The position numbers were made by a program, and so were the translations under genes. The notes beneath the pieces are model-generated. The model saw nothing but the letters and a program-made list of their open reading frames with translations, was not told the DNA's origin and did no database searches. This document shows positions 13,290-26,240 of a DNA stretch of 64,000 nt, in pieces; the stretch's first letter is position 1; each line of letters starts with the position of its first letter. Source of the DNA: Octopus vulgaris (taxonomy: Eukaryota). The stretch spans positions 8,308,001 to 8,372,000 of the forward strand of contig OX597826.1 of assembly GCA_951406725.2 (NCBI GenBank), in the 5' to 3' direction.

Positions 13290-13502
13290 GGCAACTAGCT
13301 GGCAGAATCGTTAGCACGACAGGTAAAATGCTTAGCGGCATTACGTCTGTCTTTACCTGCTGAGATCAAATTCCGCCAGGGTTGTTTTTGCCTTTCATCT
13401 TTTTAGGGTCGATGAAATAAGTACCAGTTGAGCCCTTGGGTCGATGTAATCCACTTAGTCCATCCGCCGAAATTGCTGGCCTTGTGCCAAAATTTGAAAC
13501 CC
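13290..13502 (+). mobile_element. SINE family B
   Basis: AGCTGGCAGAATCGTTAGC...TTTGCCTTTCATC...GGTCGATGAAATAAGTACC...CCTTGTGCCAAAATTTGAAACC. Confidence 0.8.
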
Positions 13503-13539
13503 AAATTTAAAACCTGTTACGTCTTGCTCCTGTGGAAAT

Positions 13540-13893
13540 GAATTCATCCTCATCATCATCACCCACCTCATTCTCCTCATTCTCATCATCATAACCGCCA
13601 TTAGTCTTCTCCTCTTCCTCCTCATCTTCTTCATCGTAACCTTCATTTTCTTCTCCTCCTCCTCAACATCATCAAATCATCATCAATATCATAGCAATCA
13701 TGATAAACATCATCGTCACAATCATCATCATCGTCATCATTAGAATGCATCCCGTCCTCATCTTGATTGTCGTTGCCGCTGAGATCATAATCTTCCTCAT
13801 CATAAATGCCTTCATTATCCCCATAATCCTTCTTAGACTTATTTTCGTCGCAGTTATTATCATCATCATCATCACCATCATCAATATTTTGAT

Positions 13894-13924
<31 letters not shown>

Positions 13925-14380
13925 AGCATGATTATGGATGTCCCCAACCAAGACATTATCCCATAATTTTCCTTCATTTTTCTTCTCTTCATCTCAACGG
14001 CCTTCATCAGCACCGCCACTGCCACACCACAACCACCACCACCAACACCACCAACCACCACCACCATCATCATCATCATCTTCTGTGTCACCATTACCAT
14101 CATTATCTACAAAGAAATTTTTTACATAATTTAATTCAATTCTTCTTCTTGTTCTTCTTGCTCTACTTCTTGTTTTCGTTGTTATTGTTGTTGTTCTTGT
14201 TGTTGTTGTTGTTGTTGTTCTTCTTCTTCTTCTTCTTCTTCTTCTTCTCCTTCTTCTTTTTCTTCTTCTTTTTCTTCTTCTTCATCGTCATCATCATCAT
14301 CATCATCATCATCAATCATGCTACAATTATCATCAGCGTTATTCCCATCGTTTTCATCAATTCTTCCTCAATTCTTCATT
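13540..14380. repeat. Degenerate (ATC)/(CTT)/(CAC)n low-complexity tract
   Basis: Trinucleotide periodicity. Explains the D-rich and M-rich ORFs. Confidence 0.85.
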
Positions 14381-14779
14381 GGGACAGAAATCAACAAACG
14401 AAGTTAACTATTACAACCATCACCTACGGGCTTGTCGCTTCCCGGGGGCTGCCATTTATTGCAAAACTTCAACAGCGCAATCTACAAAGCACTGTATCAT
14501 TTATGAAATTATATGTGTGTGTATGTGTGTGTGTGTGTGCGTACGTATATTTATACATACATGGACACATACACGTAGGTGCACACATGTAAATAATACA
14601 CACATACACACACACACTATATATATATATATATATATATGGATGGATGGATGGAGTGATGGAGGAATACACACATAAGCGCATATAGATATATTTACAA
14701 ATCCATATATAAATATATATATATGCATGTATGTATATATATGTATATATATGTATGTATATATATCTATATATATATG

Positions 14780-14817
<38 letters not shown>

Positions 14818-15790
14818 CATACATATACGTATATTTATATATATATGTACATAGACATATATATGCACAGACACACACAAAAAGACGTGTGCGTATCCAC
14901 ACACGCACACATGTATATACACACACAAAGATATATATATATATACCATATATATCAATGAGACAGAGTCCCAGAGAGAGAGGGAAGACAAAGTGAGAGA
15001 GAGGGGGACAAAGAGAAGTAGAGACAAACCGTCTGAGAAAGAGGGTAAAAATCAAGTGGGGAAAAAACAGAGAGCGAAAATGCGTAAATTGAGAAGGGTA
15101 AAACGAAGGAAGACTACTGCAGATTTTTGTTGAGTTGCGATGGAGTGATGAGCTAATATTTCAGATGCTGATGATGGATAAATTCTTGGACGTTTGCTGA
15201 CGTTTACGATCCGTCTGTCGGGAATTGGATACAAATAAGCTTCACTAAGCTAGACCTTCACACAATTGAATCATGCCTAACTGCTCTTAATAATTCTCTA
15301 AATTCCGAATCCTTCCATAAATTTATCATAATCATATTCACATAACTTGCGGCTGCGGTTTTCTCTTATGATTCGACACCAAACATTCTAAGTATCGCAT
15401 AGAGCTTATCACACGTTGCTGGCGCAGTTTCTATTTTTCCTTTGGTATGTTTGTTTGTTTTTCCTTTTCTTCCTTTTACTAAAGAGTTGTTTTTATTCAT
15501 TTATTTATTTATTTATTTATTGGTTTCTTTGAGGTTTTGCTCGTTGTGTCCAGATATTTCTCACGTCAAGGTTACTCACACTATTTTCTTTTTCAGCTCA
15601 AAACCCCTTAAGTGAAAATATATACATTCTAATAAATGGATTTATATCTAATACAAATTTGAAACTTCTATCAGTTATATATATATATACATATATGAGA
15701 AATATAAAAATATAAAAGGAACAAAATTACTGGAGATTCAGTATACACCACGTGGCAAAATTATGAGTATATATTTATATATATATACAT

Positions 15791-15997
15791 ATTGTATTTT
15801 GGAATGGTCATTTTGCCAGTTTAGCCAATAAAAACACACGCACTAAATATTTGGTGTTACTTTGCTTTAGTGTTATTTATTTTTTACATTAAACTTAATC
15901 TTATTCCGGCCAGAGTTCTTTCGTCACACTCCTGTGACCGCATCAGTGGTCCTTTGATTTCTTCTTTCTTATTTGTGTCGTTCGTTACTAACCGTCA

Positions 15998-16000
<3 letters not shown>
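15791..16000 (-). mobile_element. Hammerhead-like module in (TA)n
   Basis: Minus strand 15908-15951: CCA-CTGATGC-G-GTCACA(GGAG)TGTGAC-GAAA-GAAC-TC-TGG (A9 altered). Flank TAGTGCGTGTGTTT..TTGGC.AAA also occurs at ~25560-25625, 58645-58716 and 59258-59330. Confidence 0.55.
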
Positions 16001-16059
<59 letters not shown>

Positions 16060-16080
16060 TATATATTTATATGTGTGTGT

Positions 16081-16366
16081 ATTGGTAAAAACGGTAAGAT
16101 ATCAAAAGAAAGAAAGAGACCTCAATATTATGTAAATAGAGGAAATTTATCTGTAAAATAATATGTGACAATTATTCAATAGCCAAGATAAAACTCTGAG
16201 TTTCGGATGCCGAGGTAGAAATCCACAACACCATCTCTTCGAAGAGATGGAGTTTCGGATGCCGACACCATCTCTTAAGAGATGGTGTTGTGAATTTCCA
16301 CCTCGGCATCCGAAATTCAGAGTTTTATCTTGGCTATTGAATAATTGTCACATATTATTTTACAGA
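16081..16366 (-). mobile_element. Fold-back module with rearranged centre (same family as 45021-45215)
   Basis: Arms at 16150-16239 and 16277-16366. Contains a partial hammerhead-like motif (AAGA-GATG...CATC-C-GAAA-CTCAGAG-TT) broken at the inversion point. Confidence 0.6.
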
Positions 16367-16381
16367 AATATATGTATATGT

Positions 16382-16611
16382 AAACGCCATGTTGGATCGT
16401 TAGCCCCTACACGCAATGTTATTCTCTTCTTGTTTCTTTTCTGTGTATCTTTCTGTCGAAGAGCGTAGCCTCGAAATGTAAAAGACATGTTTTATTTCTA
16501 TTCCTGAGCGGCATACTAATACATTGTTTGTTTGTACTCCACCTGCCTTCGTCTCTTGTTTATTTTCGTAAACCTGTCTTCGTCTTTTGTTTATTTTCGT
16601 AAACCTTCCCG

Positions 16612-16612
<1 letters not shown>
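16382..16612 (+). mobile_element. Family H1 copy with mutated hammerhead (16448-16485)
   Basis: TCTTT-CTGTCGA-A-GAG(CGTAGC)CTC-GAAA-TGTA-AAAGA. Confidence 0.65.
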
Positions 16613-16684
<72 letters not shown>

Positions 16685-16770
16685 TATTAGAGACAAAACC
16701 ACTATTTTGCAAAACAAACAAGGAAAGACTTAATCAATACATAAAATTTTAATAAATAGTCAAAAAACCG

Positions 16771-16813
16771 CCACTACAATTGTTTCTTGTCTTGATCGAC
16801 AATCTTCAGGTGG
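16771..16813 (-). ncRNA. Minimal type I hammerhead ribozyme (intact)
   Basis: CCAC-CTGAAGA-TTGTC(GATCAA)GACAA-GAAA-CAATTG-TA-GTGG. Confidence 0.85.
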
Positions 16814-16877
16814 ACTTCCAATATATCAGTTTCAAATTAAGACTTCATAATTTGAAACTGACTTGTAAATTGGAAGT

Positions 16878-16920
16878 CCACCTGAAGATTGACGATCAAG
16901 ACAAGAAACAATTGTAGTGG
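16878..16920 (+). ncRNA. Minimal type I hammerhead ribozyme
   Basis: CCAC-CTGAAGA-TTGAC(GATCAA)GACAA-GAAA-CAATTG-TA-GTGG, with one helix II mismatch. Confidence 0.8.
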
Positions 16921-17091
16921 CGGTTTTTTTGACTATTTATTAAAATTGTATGTATTGATTAAGTCTTTCCTTGTTTGTTTTGCAAAATAGTGGTTTTGTC
17001 TCTAATAATATTTTATAATATTTTACTATAAAATTGGATTTAATCCTAAATCTGATTTTTTCCCTGTAAATTTGGATTTATTCCTAATATT

Positions 17092-17210
<119 letters not shown>

Positions 17211-17309
17211 TAATCCAAACATGAAAACACAAAGAGAAAACACAACAACGCGAGGACGTGGAACAAATATAGTATTATTGGACGCTCAGGAAGGAAGGGA
17301 AGAAGGAGG

Positions 17310-17344
17310 GTTTTACGTTTCGGGCGGAGCTCTTCGTCAGAAAC
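17310..17344 (-). ncRNA. Minimal hammerhead ribozyme in family H1-related module (17206-17425)
   Basis: GTTT-CTGACGA-A-GAGC(TCC)GCCC-GAAA-CGTA-AAAC. Confidence 0.7.
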
Positions 17345-17589
17345 ATAGGAAAAGGAAAGATCCAGAGAAGGGAAGACGGAGGAAAAAAATCGCCAACGGT
17401 ACACACATGGTCACATTTTGAATGTATATATATTGGCATTTTGAATATATATATATATATTGGCGATTTAAATAATGTATTTGACTGAACTTTTCAGCAA
17501 GCTAACGTACATAGTATGTCATTTCATTAATTTTAATTCTTCAACTAGTTAATGTTTTTTGGGGCCTGCATTCGCCTATAAATTTTCGG

Positions 17590-17880
17590 AGAGGTGTCAG
17601 TCGATTAGATCGATCCCTGTATGAGGACGTAAAGATAGACGAAATACCTATTTCTTTACTACTCACAAGGGGCTAAACACAGAGGGGATAAAGTACAGAC
17701 AAACGGATTAAGTCGATTATATGTAGCCCAGTGATTAACTGGTACTTATTTAATCGATCCCGAAAGGATGAAAGGCAAAGTCGACCTCGGTGGAATTTGA
17801 ACTCAGAACGTAACAGCAGACGAAATACAGCTACGCATTTCGCCCGGCGTGCTAACTTTTCTGCCAGCTCGCTGCCTTAC
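17590..17880 (-). mobile_element. SINE family B (longer variant)
   Basis: GGTACTTATTTAATCGATCCCGAAAGGATGAAAGGCAAAGTCGACCTCGG...TTCTGCCAGCTCGCTGCC. Confidence 0.8.
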
Positions 17881-18532
17881 TGGAGTATAATATCACAACT
17901 GTTTGTGCGATTGCGGGTATGTGTAAGGGGAGGGGGCGTGATTGTCTTTGAGTTTGTCATCCCCACTGCTCGTTAACCGGTCTTCTTTTGTTTATGTCCC
18001 CATAACGTAAGTTTTGTTGTCGATGTGTTCGTCTAAACCCTTAGGGCCGGTGTCCCAGCATGGTTGCAGTTCAGTGACAGAAACGTGTAAAGTATCCGCC
18101 CCCCCCCCAAAAAGAAAATCAATATAAATCTACATTTCCGTCCTGAGTCTAAATCCTGATGTCTAAGTCGTAGAACTTCGACCTGGTGTGCGATATATTA
18201 AGTTGCAGTCAAATGCCGAGTCGGAGGAATTGGTTCTATGTTACCACCAGAATTTCATGTCGTGCGCTTCTATAATAAACTTGCGTTATAATGGATGATA
18301 GAGATAATGCAAGATAGCAAATACTGTAGAAGTCGTACAATCATTACGTACTGCGGCCATGTTTGAGCACCGCCTTTAGTCGAAAAAATCGACCGCAGGA
18401 CTTATTCTTTGTAAGCCTAGTACTTATTTAATCGGTCTCTTTTGCCGAACCGCTAAGTTACAGGGACCACACCAGCATTGGTTGTCAAGCGACGTTGGGG
18501 ACAAACGCAGATAGACAAATACATACACACAA

Positions 18533-18579
<47 letters not shown>

Positions 18580-18594
18580 CATATATATATATAT

Positions 18595-19080
18595 ATCATA
18601 TAATTAAGGGCTAAAGAGGGTTATTCTAAAGCCAAATACACTGTTTTATCCACTTATAATCCGCTTGTTACAGGAAAATTGAAACTGAAAACGGGCAACT
18701 AACCTTTAGAAAATTTAAATTTCGTTATCTCTATATTGAATCAATTTCGGACTTAATCTTATAAAAAAAGATATATTCCTTCTTCAGTAGAACTTTCGAT
18801 GGGATATAAATAAAATACTCACGTATGATCATGGAAAAAGCACAAGCTAAAAACATAACTACACTTGAGTACATCACTTATATCTAAAAATAAAAATTCT
18901 TTGGTCTTCAATTTTCTTGTAACAAGCGGATTATAAGTGGATAAAACAGTGTATTTGGCTTTAGAATAACCCTCTTTAGCCCTTAATTATATGATGTATA
19001 TTGCAACCGTAACGGTTTTTTAAATATACTGCCCACGCTTCCTGATGAATTCCTTTGCTGTAGAGTAAGGGACTTCATCC
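18595..19080 (+). mobile_element. Partially inverted hammerhead-bearing module (family H3)
   Basis: Arms at 18595-18683 and 18907-18995. Homologous to the linear copy at 38800-39280. Ends with a 3' hairpin, TTCATCC and (TA)n. Confidence 0.8.
18730..18791 (-). ncRNA. Type I hammerhead ribozyme
   Basis: TCTA-CTGAAGA-A-GGA...TCC-GAAA-TTGATTCAA-TA-TAGA. Confidence 0.7.
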
Positions 19081-19092
19081 TATATATATATA

Positions 19093-19150
<58 letters not shown>

Positions 19151-19252
19151 TGTATGTATGTATATATACGACGGGCTTCTTGCAGTGTCCATCTACCAGA
19201 TCCATTTACAATACTTTAGTCGACTCGAGAATTTAACATTACTTTTATTTTA

Positions 19253-19283
<31 letters not shown>

Positions 19284-20230
19284 TTCCGTGCGTGTGCGCG
19301 CATGTGCGAGCGCGTGTATGTTTGGGTGTCTGTATTCCTTTAGCCATTTATGTTTGTGTAGGTTTAAGTCATTCGGGTGGGCATCACGATCAGCGATTTA
19401 GATAGCGGTGATAGCGCACCTCAGCCCGAAAGCCGGTGGAAAGATCCAGATAAGTGGGGTGATAATGAGGCGGCCAGAACGGGGCAATGGTTTTAAAAAT
19501 CCATAAAATAATGGGTCAGTTGGGTTAAGTTTTATTTGTGAAATATATTTGTTTCGTATTTGCTGCAGAAAGAGGTCCATGTTTGAGAGGCGTTAGGAAT
19601 GTGTCCCAGGTGCCAAGATCGGGGTGGGGCAGTTCGAAAAAGTTTGCCAACCACTTCTTAAAAGCAATATATCGAAACCCAGCACTTATTTCTCAGTCTC
19701 ATATTTATTTTTTCATCTCTTTCTTTAGGATCAATATGTTAACCCATAAAAACAAAGAAATACAAAGGTAAACACGGACACACACAAACACACACAAATA
19801 CACAACACACACACACACACACACACGCACGCACGCACATGTGTCTGTCTGTATGTATGCGTGTGTGTGTGTGTGTACAACATGGTCTTGCCTACAGTTC
19901 ACGTTTATCAAATTTCTCGCACAATATATCAGTCGACTGGAGGCCGTTATACACCCAACTTTCCCAAAGGGTCAGCGAGTGTGATCGAAGACGATACCAC
20001 GTAGTTTTATATATATATGTATTGACGAACCGCTAAGTTTCGGGGACATAAAGACACCAACATAGGTTGTCAAGCGATGGCAGGAGGGACAAACACAGAC
20101 ATGCACACACATAAACATATGCATATATATATATATATACGACGGGATTCTTTCAGTTTCCGTCTAGAAAATCCACACACAAGGGTATGTATGTATTTGA
20201 TAAATAGTATATATGTATGTGTGTGTGTGA

Positions 20231-20321
<91 letters not shown>

Positions 20322-20888
20322 AAATTTCCCCTCGTGTAGGCCTATAGGCCCTTATTGCTTTTTTCCTGTCCTGTTTTTTATTCCTTCTTGTACTGTATTT
20401 TTTTGTAATTGTATCTTTATTTTGTATTTGTTTTAATTGTATTGTTTTTACGTCCTGTTTTTGTCAAAAAATATTTTTTTACTTGTTTTTGCCCCTCTGC
20501 GAAGGATTTTTATTTAATTCCTTCGCAGGAAGGATTAGTTCAACGAGACGTGTCCTGTCCTACCTTCGAAACACGCTGGAGTTCAACTAAGGACAGCTGA
20601 TGAAGGGGATTTTTCCTGTGTAGTTTGTCTTGTACCCTGTTTTTACGTTGTTTTAAAAAATGGTCCGTTCCCTGCTTGTTTTTACTTTTTTGTTTTCGTT
20701 TTTCGTTTTTCATTTAGTTCTACGTCTGATTGTGGTGTTTGTACTCACGTATATATATTTATATATGCATGTATATATACATGTAGATGTAGGTACGTAC
20801 ATATATGTATGTATGTATGCATATATTTTATTTATTACACTATTGTATGACTGAGCGCCCTCGCGTCGATTCGATTCGTTTCGTTTCT
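20322..20888 (+). mobile_element. T-rich module between (TA)n tracts carrying a permuted hammerhead-like motif
   Basis: Unique sequence between (TA)n tracts. Hairpin CTGCGAAGGA/TCCTTCGCAG lies just upstream of the motif. Confidence 0.45.
20549..20608 (+). ncRNA. Candidate non-circularly permuted hammerhead ribozyme
   Basis: CGTGT-C-CTGTCCT / A / CCTTC-GAA-ACACG / 14 nt / AGGACAG-CTGATGA-A-GGGG. Helix I has 7 bp, helix III has 5 bp, helix II is weak (2 GC + 2 GU). Confidence 0.55.
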
Positions 20889-20903
20889 TCTTCTTCTCTA
20901 AGC

Positions 20904-20996
<93 letters not shown>

Positions 20997-21828
20997 CACG
21001 GTGATTCAAAAGTCACCATATATAGGAAAAAATTATTTCTTTTATAAGAAACAGTTAAATAAAAAACCAATAGAAAATTGTTAATTGTTCTTAAGTATGA
21101 CGATTTTTGAATCTACTTGAATATATATATATATGTAAATATATATATGTATATAGGTATATTATATAATATAGACATACATACTTACACATACATACAT
21201 ACATACATACACACATATATGCATACATACATATATTCTTATTTCAAATCTCAGCAGCTTAAGCTTTACTATTCACTGAATTTCAAACACATGAGATTAA
21301 ATACCAGTAATACATTGGAATTGTTTCAGCACATTAAATGCAGTCACTAAACGAAAATTAGCTTTGCACTTGGCCAAATGAAATGAATAGAACATAAGCG
21401 ACATTAAGATTACATTAAACAAGATTTCCACTCATGGTTTGCTGTTCTCCTTTTTTTATTTTTTTTTTTCCTATTAGAGCGATTTAAAACACACTTATTC
21501 ACATATTCATACGCTTGGACGAACAATCCTTCTGGTCAAAGGACATTGCCAGTATCTAGATGATAGTCAAATGCTGTTCATTTATATATTTATTTTAACC
21601 TCATCAAAAATTCTAAAAAAGACATGTAGAATAGATAAATCGAAGCCATTTTTTTTGTGTGTGTGTGTGTGCCCTGATGATTTGTACTAAAAAAAACAAC
21701 AATGTAAAGAAGCAGTTCTTATCTCCCTTTTCCACGACGTTGAACAGAAAAGGAACAAGTGTCCCCCGTGGATAGAAAGTTAACCAGGGCAGCTTATCTC
21801 CTCACATACTCTAGCAACTAATCTCCCG

Positions 21829-22010
21829 TTCGATGTATTGAAAGACGGATGTATTAAATGTACAACAACTAAGAAATGAGAATGTAAAAACAAAAAAAAA
21901 ACAACTCCATCCGAGGATATAAAATAGGCATTACATTATGACCTGGAGCACGATATTATGGTGATACGAACAAAGCCATAAGGGAAAAAATATAGAACAC
22001 TGCTGCAGAC

Positions 22011-22060
<50 letters not shown>
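21829..22060. repeat. Diverged direct duplicate of 26638-26900
   Basis: Shared TTCGATGTATTGAAAGACGGATGTAT, CATCC.AGGATAT, TAGG.ATTACATTATG.CCTG, GATACGAACAAA, then (TAG)n. Confidence 0.75.
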
Positions 22061-22063
<3 letters not shown>

Positions 22064-22574
22064 TGCTGTTGTTGTTGCTATTGTTTCATTTGTTTATCGT
22101 GCTCATGTAATAGTTTCAGTAGACGTACAATTAACATGGTGTTTTTTTTTTGCTTTTTGTATTCCCTGGGCGTATCTAACGTACCAATGCATATCATCTT
22201 GATTAAAACTAGAAACTGAGAGTAAACCACCGCATAAATATTAACATCTTAACGCAGCTGGAGACTACAATTTTAATAAAAAAAACCCATTACACCATCG
22301 AACATTATATATATTATATATATATATGTGTGTGTGTATGTATATGTATATGCCACGTGAGTACGTTAAATAAGTTATTATTAATTATTAATAGTTATAT
22401 AATGAAGATTTACCTACACAATGCATTCATCTGTTTCATCAAAATTTCTATAATTAAACAATTTAATTACTTCTCATATTTCAAATTAGTATATTTTTAA
22501 TTATATATCTGTTTGTGCTTATTGGTGTGTGTGTGTGTATCAGCAGCAAACATGTATACATATATATATATACC

Positions 22575-22637
<63 letters not shown>

Positions 22638-22751
22638 ATTAGAGACAAAACCACTATTAGGCAAATCAAACAATGAAAGACTTAAGCCAATATATGTGAT
22701 TAATTTATATTATTTAAATATGTAACAATTATTAAAAAATATAATTAATAT

Positions 22752-22814
22752 CCACTACGATCGTTTCCTGCCTGCTGTCTTTAAATTTTTGAGTCGCAGT
22801 CATTCATCAGGTGG
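22752..22814 (-). ncRNA. Type I hammerhead ribozyme in module 22631-22850 (related to 16675-17095)
   Basis: CCAC-CTGATGA-[extended imperfect helix II]-GAAA-CGATCG-TA-GTGG. Flank TAGAGACAAAACCACTATT is shared with ~16690. Confidence 0.75.
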
Positions 22815-22848
22815 CTTCAAAATCTAAAATATAATCAATATTTTTAAG

Positions 22849-22913
<65 letters not shown>

Positions 22914-22942
22914 CATTCATATATATATATATTTATACATAC

Positions 22943-22994
<52 letters not shown>

Positions 22995-23224
22995 CATACA
23001 TATATATATATATATATGAGCGGGAAAGATATAATCTATTCATTCAACATTTCTACATGCAGCTGCAGAAGTAATATCCAGGTACCTCCTCAGCATAGTA
23101 TTCCAGAGCCACTGGTTGTTTTGAGTCTTACACCATAAACTCTAATCCAGGTGACACGAATTAGGCTGCTCAAACCTAGGTTTACTACTGTCACCTACTT
23201 TGAATGTGATCACCTGTCTTTTTT

Positions 23225-23453
23225 TTTTGTTACATGTTTTAGTCACCAGACCGCGGCCATGCTGCTGCACCGCCTTGGTATTTTTTGTTTTGTTAATCGA
23301 ATGATTCGACCCCAGTACTTATTTTTAAGCCTGACACTTATTCTATCAGTCTGTTTTGCTGAACCACCAAGTCACGTGTACGCAAAAACACTAATGCCGG
23401 TTGTCAAGCGGTGATGGGGACAAACATAGACACAAGGACACACACATACACAC

Positions 23454-23536
<83 letters not shown>

Positions 23537-23569
23537 CATAGATAGACAGACAGACAGACAGACAGATAA

Positions 23570-23652
<83 letters not shown>

Positions 23653-23810
23653 CGATGGATTTCTTTCAGTTTCCGTCTACAAAATTCATCCTCAAGGTTT
23701 TGGTCTGTCCCAGGCAATAGTTGAAGACATTCTCCCAAGGTGCCACGCAGTGGGACTGAACCTCGACCTATGTGGCTGGGAAACAAACTTCTTACGACAT
23801 AGTCACGCCT
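23225..23810 (-). mobile_element. SINE family A with internal (GATA)n
   Basis: GCGGCCATGCTG, TTTCAGTTTCCGTCTAC, CCCAAGGTGCCACGCAGTGGGACTGAACC. Confidence 0.8.
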
Positions 23811-24451
23811 TTCTCAGCAGCTTCTGCATTGTTCGTTATCTCACTTCTAATCATTCCTGCAATGAAAGTAATTTTTATATTATTACCCTAGATGAATAGC
23901 CCGTCGTTGCCGGACAATTTTTAGCATAGAATGTCTTATATAAATTTTTCTGTATTCCATATTGGACCATACTTTCCCCGACAGATACGCCACTTGATCA
24001 GAACATAGTGCAATTTTTCGCAAAAATACTTCGTTGAGGAGTTTCTTTTTCCTTCTTAAATTATTTACATATCTGTTCGACCGTGTCACATGACTTTATT
24101 GTTTAGAACTGATTAAAACTTCGGACGTTGTCACAACTTTAGTCGTTTAATGTATTGCTTTCGTTTGTTTAATAAAAAAATTCCCCCTCGTAATGATTTA
24201 GCTCTCATTTTGTAATAGAGAACTCTCATGCAGAAAATGCCAAATTCCAAATCCTGTTTTCAAATTAGGTAAATTTTAAACCTCATTAACATTTTTCTGT
24301 AAATTTTGTGGAGCAAATAAATGACAATATCGGATTTAACGTGAACGATTATTTCAATATACCAAATTTGAAAACTTGACAGAATTTTAAAATTTCACAA
24401 TGTGACAGCAATGTTGAAGACCCTACAAAAGGAGAGAGACAGACAACAATA

Positions 24452-24527
<76 letters not shown>

Positions 24528-25334
24528 TAGACACACACACACTGAAATGCACATACACACACTTTTACAAACGTACACACAGTTTAAAATGGTGTATAGC
24601 AGACATATGTGTGTATATATGTTTGTACGTATGTATGTGTATATATGTGTGTATGTGCATGTGTGTGTCTGTATGCGAGTATTTTTTTGCGACCACTCTC
24701 TTCTTAAAGCTACGTATTCCTCACACCCACCTTTCCCTTCCTCGTCGTTTTAAAAGTTAGTTATATGTATGTGCATGTTTGGGTGTGAGTGTGTATGTGT
24801 GTGTGTATGCATATATCTATGTATTTACGAAAGTATGAATGCAGCGTCGCGTGTATATCTATGAATGATAGCTATATTAGTTTTACCATCCCACTGCCAC
24901 TCCATATTTGTCGTTTACACAACTCTGTTCTCCCCTTCCTTGATATCAGCCATAATCATTATGCCACCACAATTCCCTCAAACTAACACTCTTTGCACCC
25001 TTCTCATTTTATCAAATAGAAGCCCCCTCCCAAGGGACCTATTATAGATTTTTCTTGAAATCCATTCAGCCCATAATTGAACTGGATATTAACATAAATG
25101 CAAAGTCAATATTGGTTCACTGGTGTAGGCAGCAAGATGGTACCAGAGTGATCGAACGACAGAAATTGCCTTACATTTATAAGACTATTTTCTAGTGTAT
25201 CTTTACCAGGTAAATAAGAAATGAGATTTTAAAATTTAATTCATAGTCTCCCAGCTGTTTTTCTAGTCATGACTAAGTTGTTAAGAAGCTTGTTTCGAGA
25301 AATCATAAACTGCACAGATTAATACGTGCGAACC

Positions 25335-25547
25335 GGTGCTGTGCTGAAAAGTCCTTGGCTTTAAGGGTATCACGAAACGCCTGGTTGGAGGCCCAACCTT
25401 CCGTGTTCTTTAGCAGGGCTTAGAAAAACTGAAGGACAGCCGCAATAAGTGTTTGAATCTGAGAGGGAAATATGTTGAATAAAATTATGATTAACTGATT
25501 CTCCTTTATTTTACCCAAAGCCAGGAACTTCTTCGCACACCTTCGTA
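25335..25547 (+). mobile_element. Internally deleted mariner element
   Basis: TIRs GTGCTGAAAAGTCCTTGGCTTT / AAAGCCAGGAACTT...CCTTCGTA. Encodes a transposase C-terminus-like GLEKLKDSRNKCLNLRGKYVE*. A solo TIR lies at ~12062-12093. Confidence 0.75.
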
Positions 25548-25809
25548 AATGTAAATTATTCCAAATATATAGTGCGTGTGTTTTTATTGGCTAAACTGGC
25601 AATATGACCATTCCGAAATATAACAAATTCCTTAATACATTATAAGGGAAAGCTTATGATTTTCAGTAGCCGAGTTTCACGCTTCCGTTCTTTCAACTCA
25701 GCAACCGAAGCCTGTTTTCTCTTGAATGAACTGTTATTTGAGTATTTTAAAATATTAAACGAAAGATATTAAGAAAACGTTTATTTATATTATAGAAGAT
25801 TCTAATCTT

Positions 25810-26240
<431 letters not shown>

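Larger units (their letters stand above)
18350..19230 (-). mobile_element. SINE family A split by an insertion in its internal microsatellite
   Basis: 3' half at 18350-18530, continuing as TACGACGGGCTTCTT at ~19167. Confidence 0.7.

Noticed and set aside
13455-14129. Acidic D-rich ORFs resembling biomineral or low-complexity proteins
   Set aside because: Degenerate (GAT)n repeat with stops and frame changes and no supportable splice structure.
19040-19080. CTGATGA as a second hammerhead
   Set aside because: No GAAA follows, it is part of the terminal hairpin, and the sister copy reads TTGATGG.
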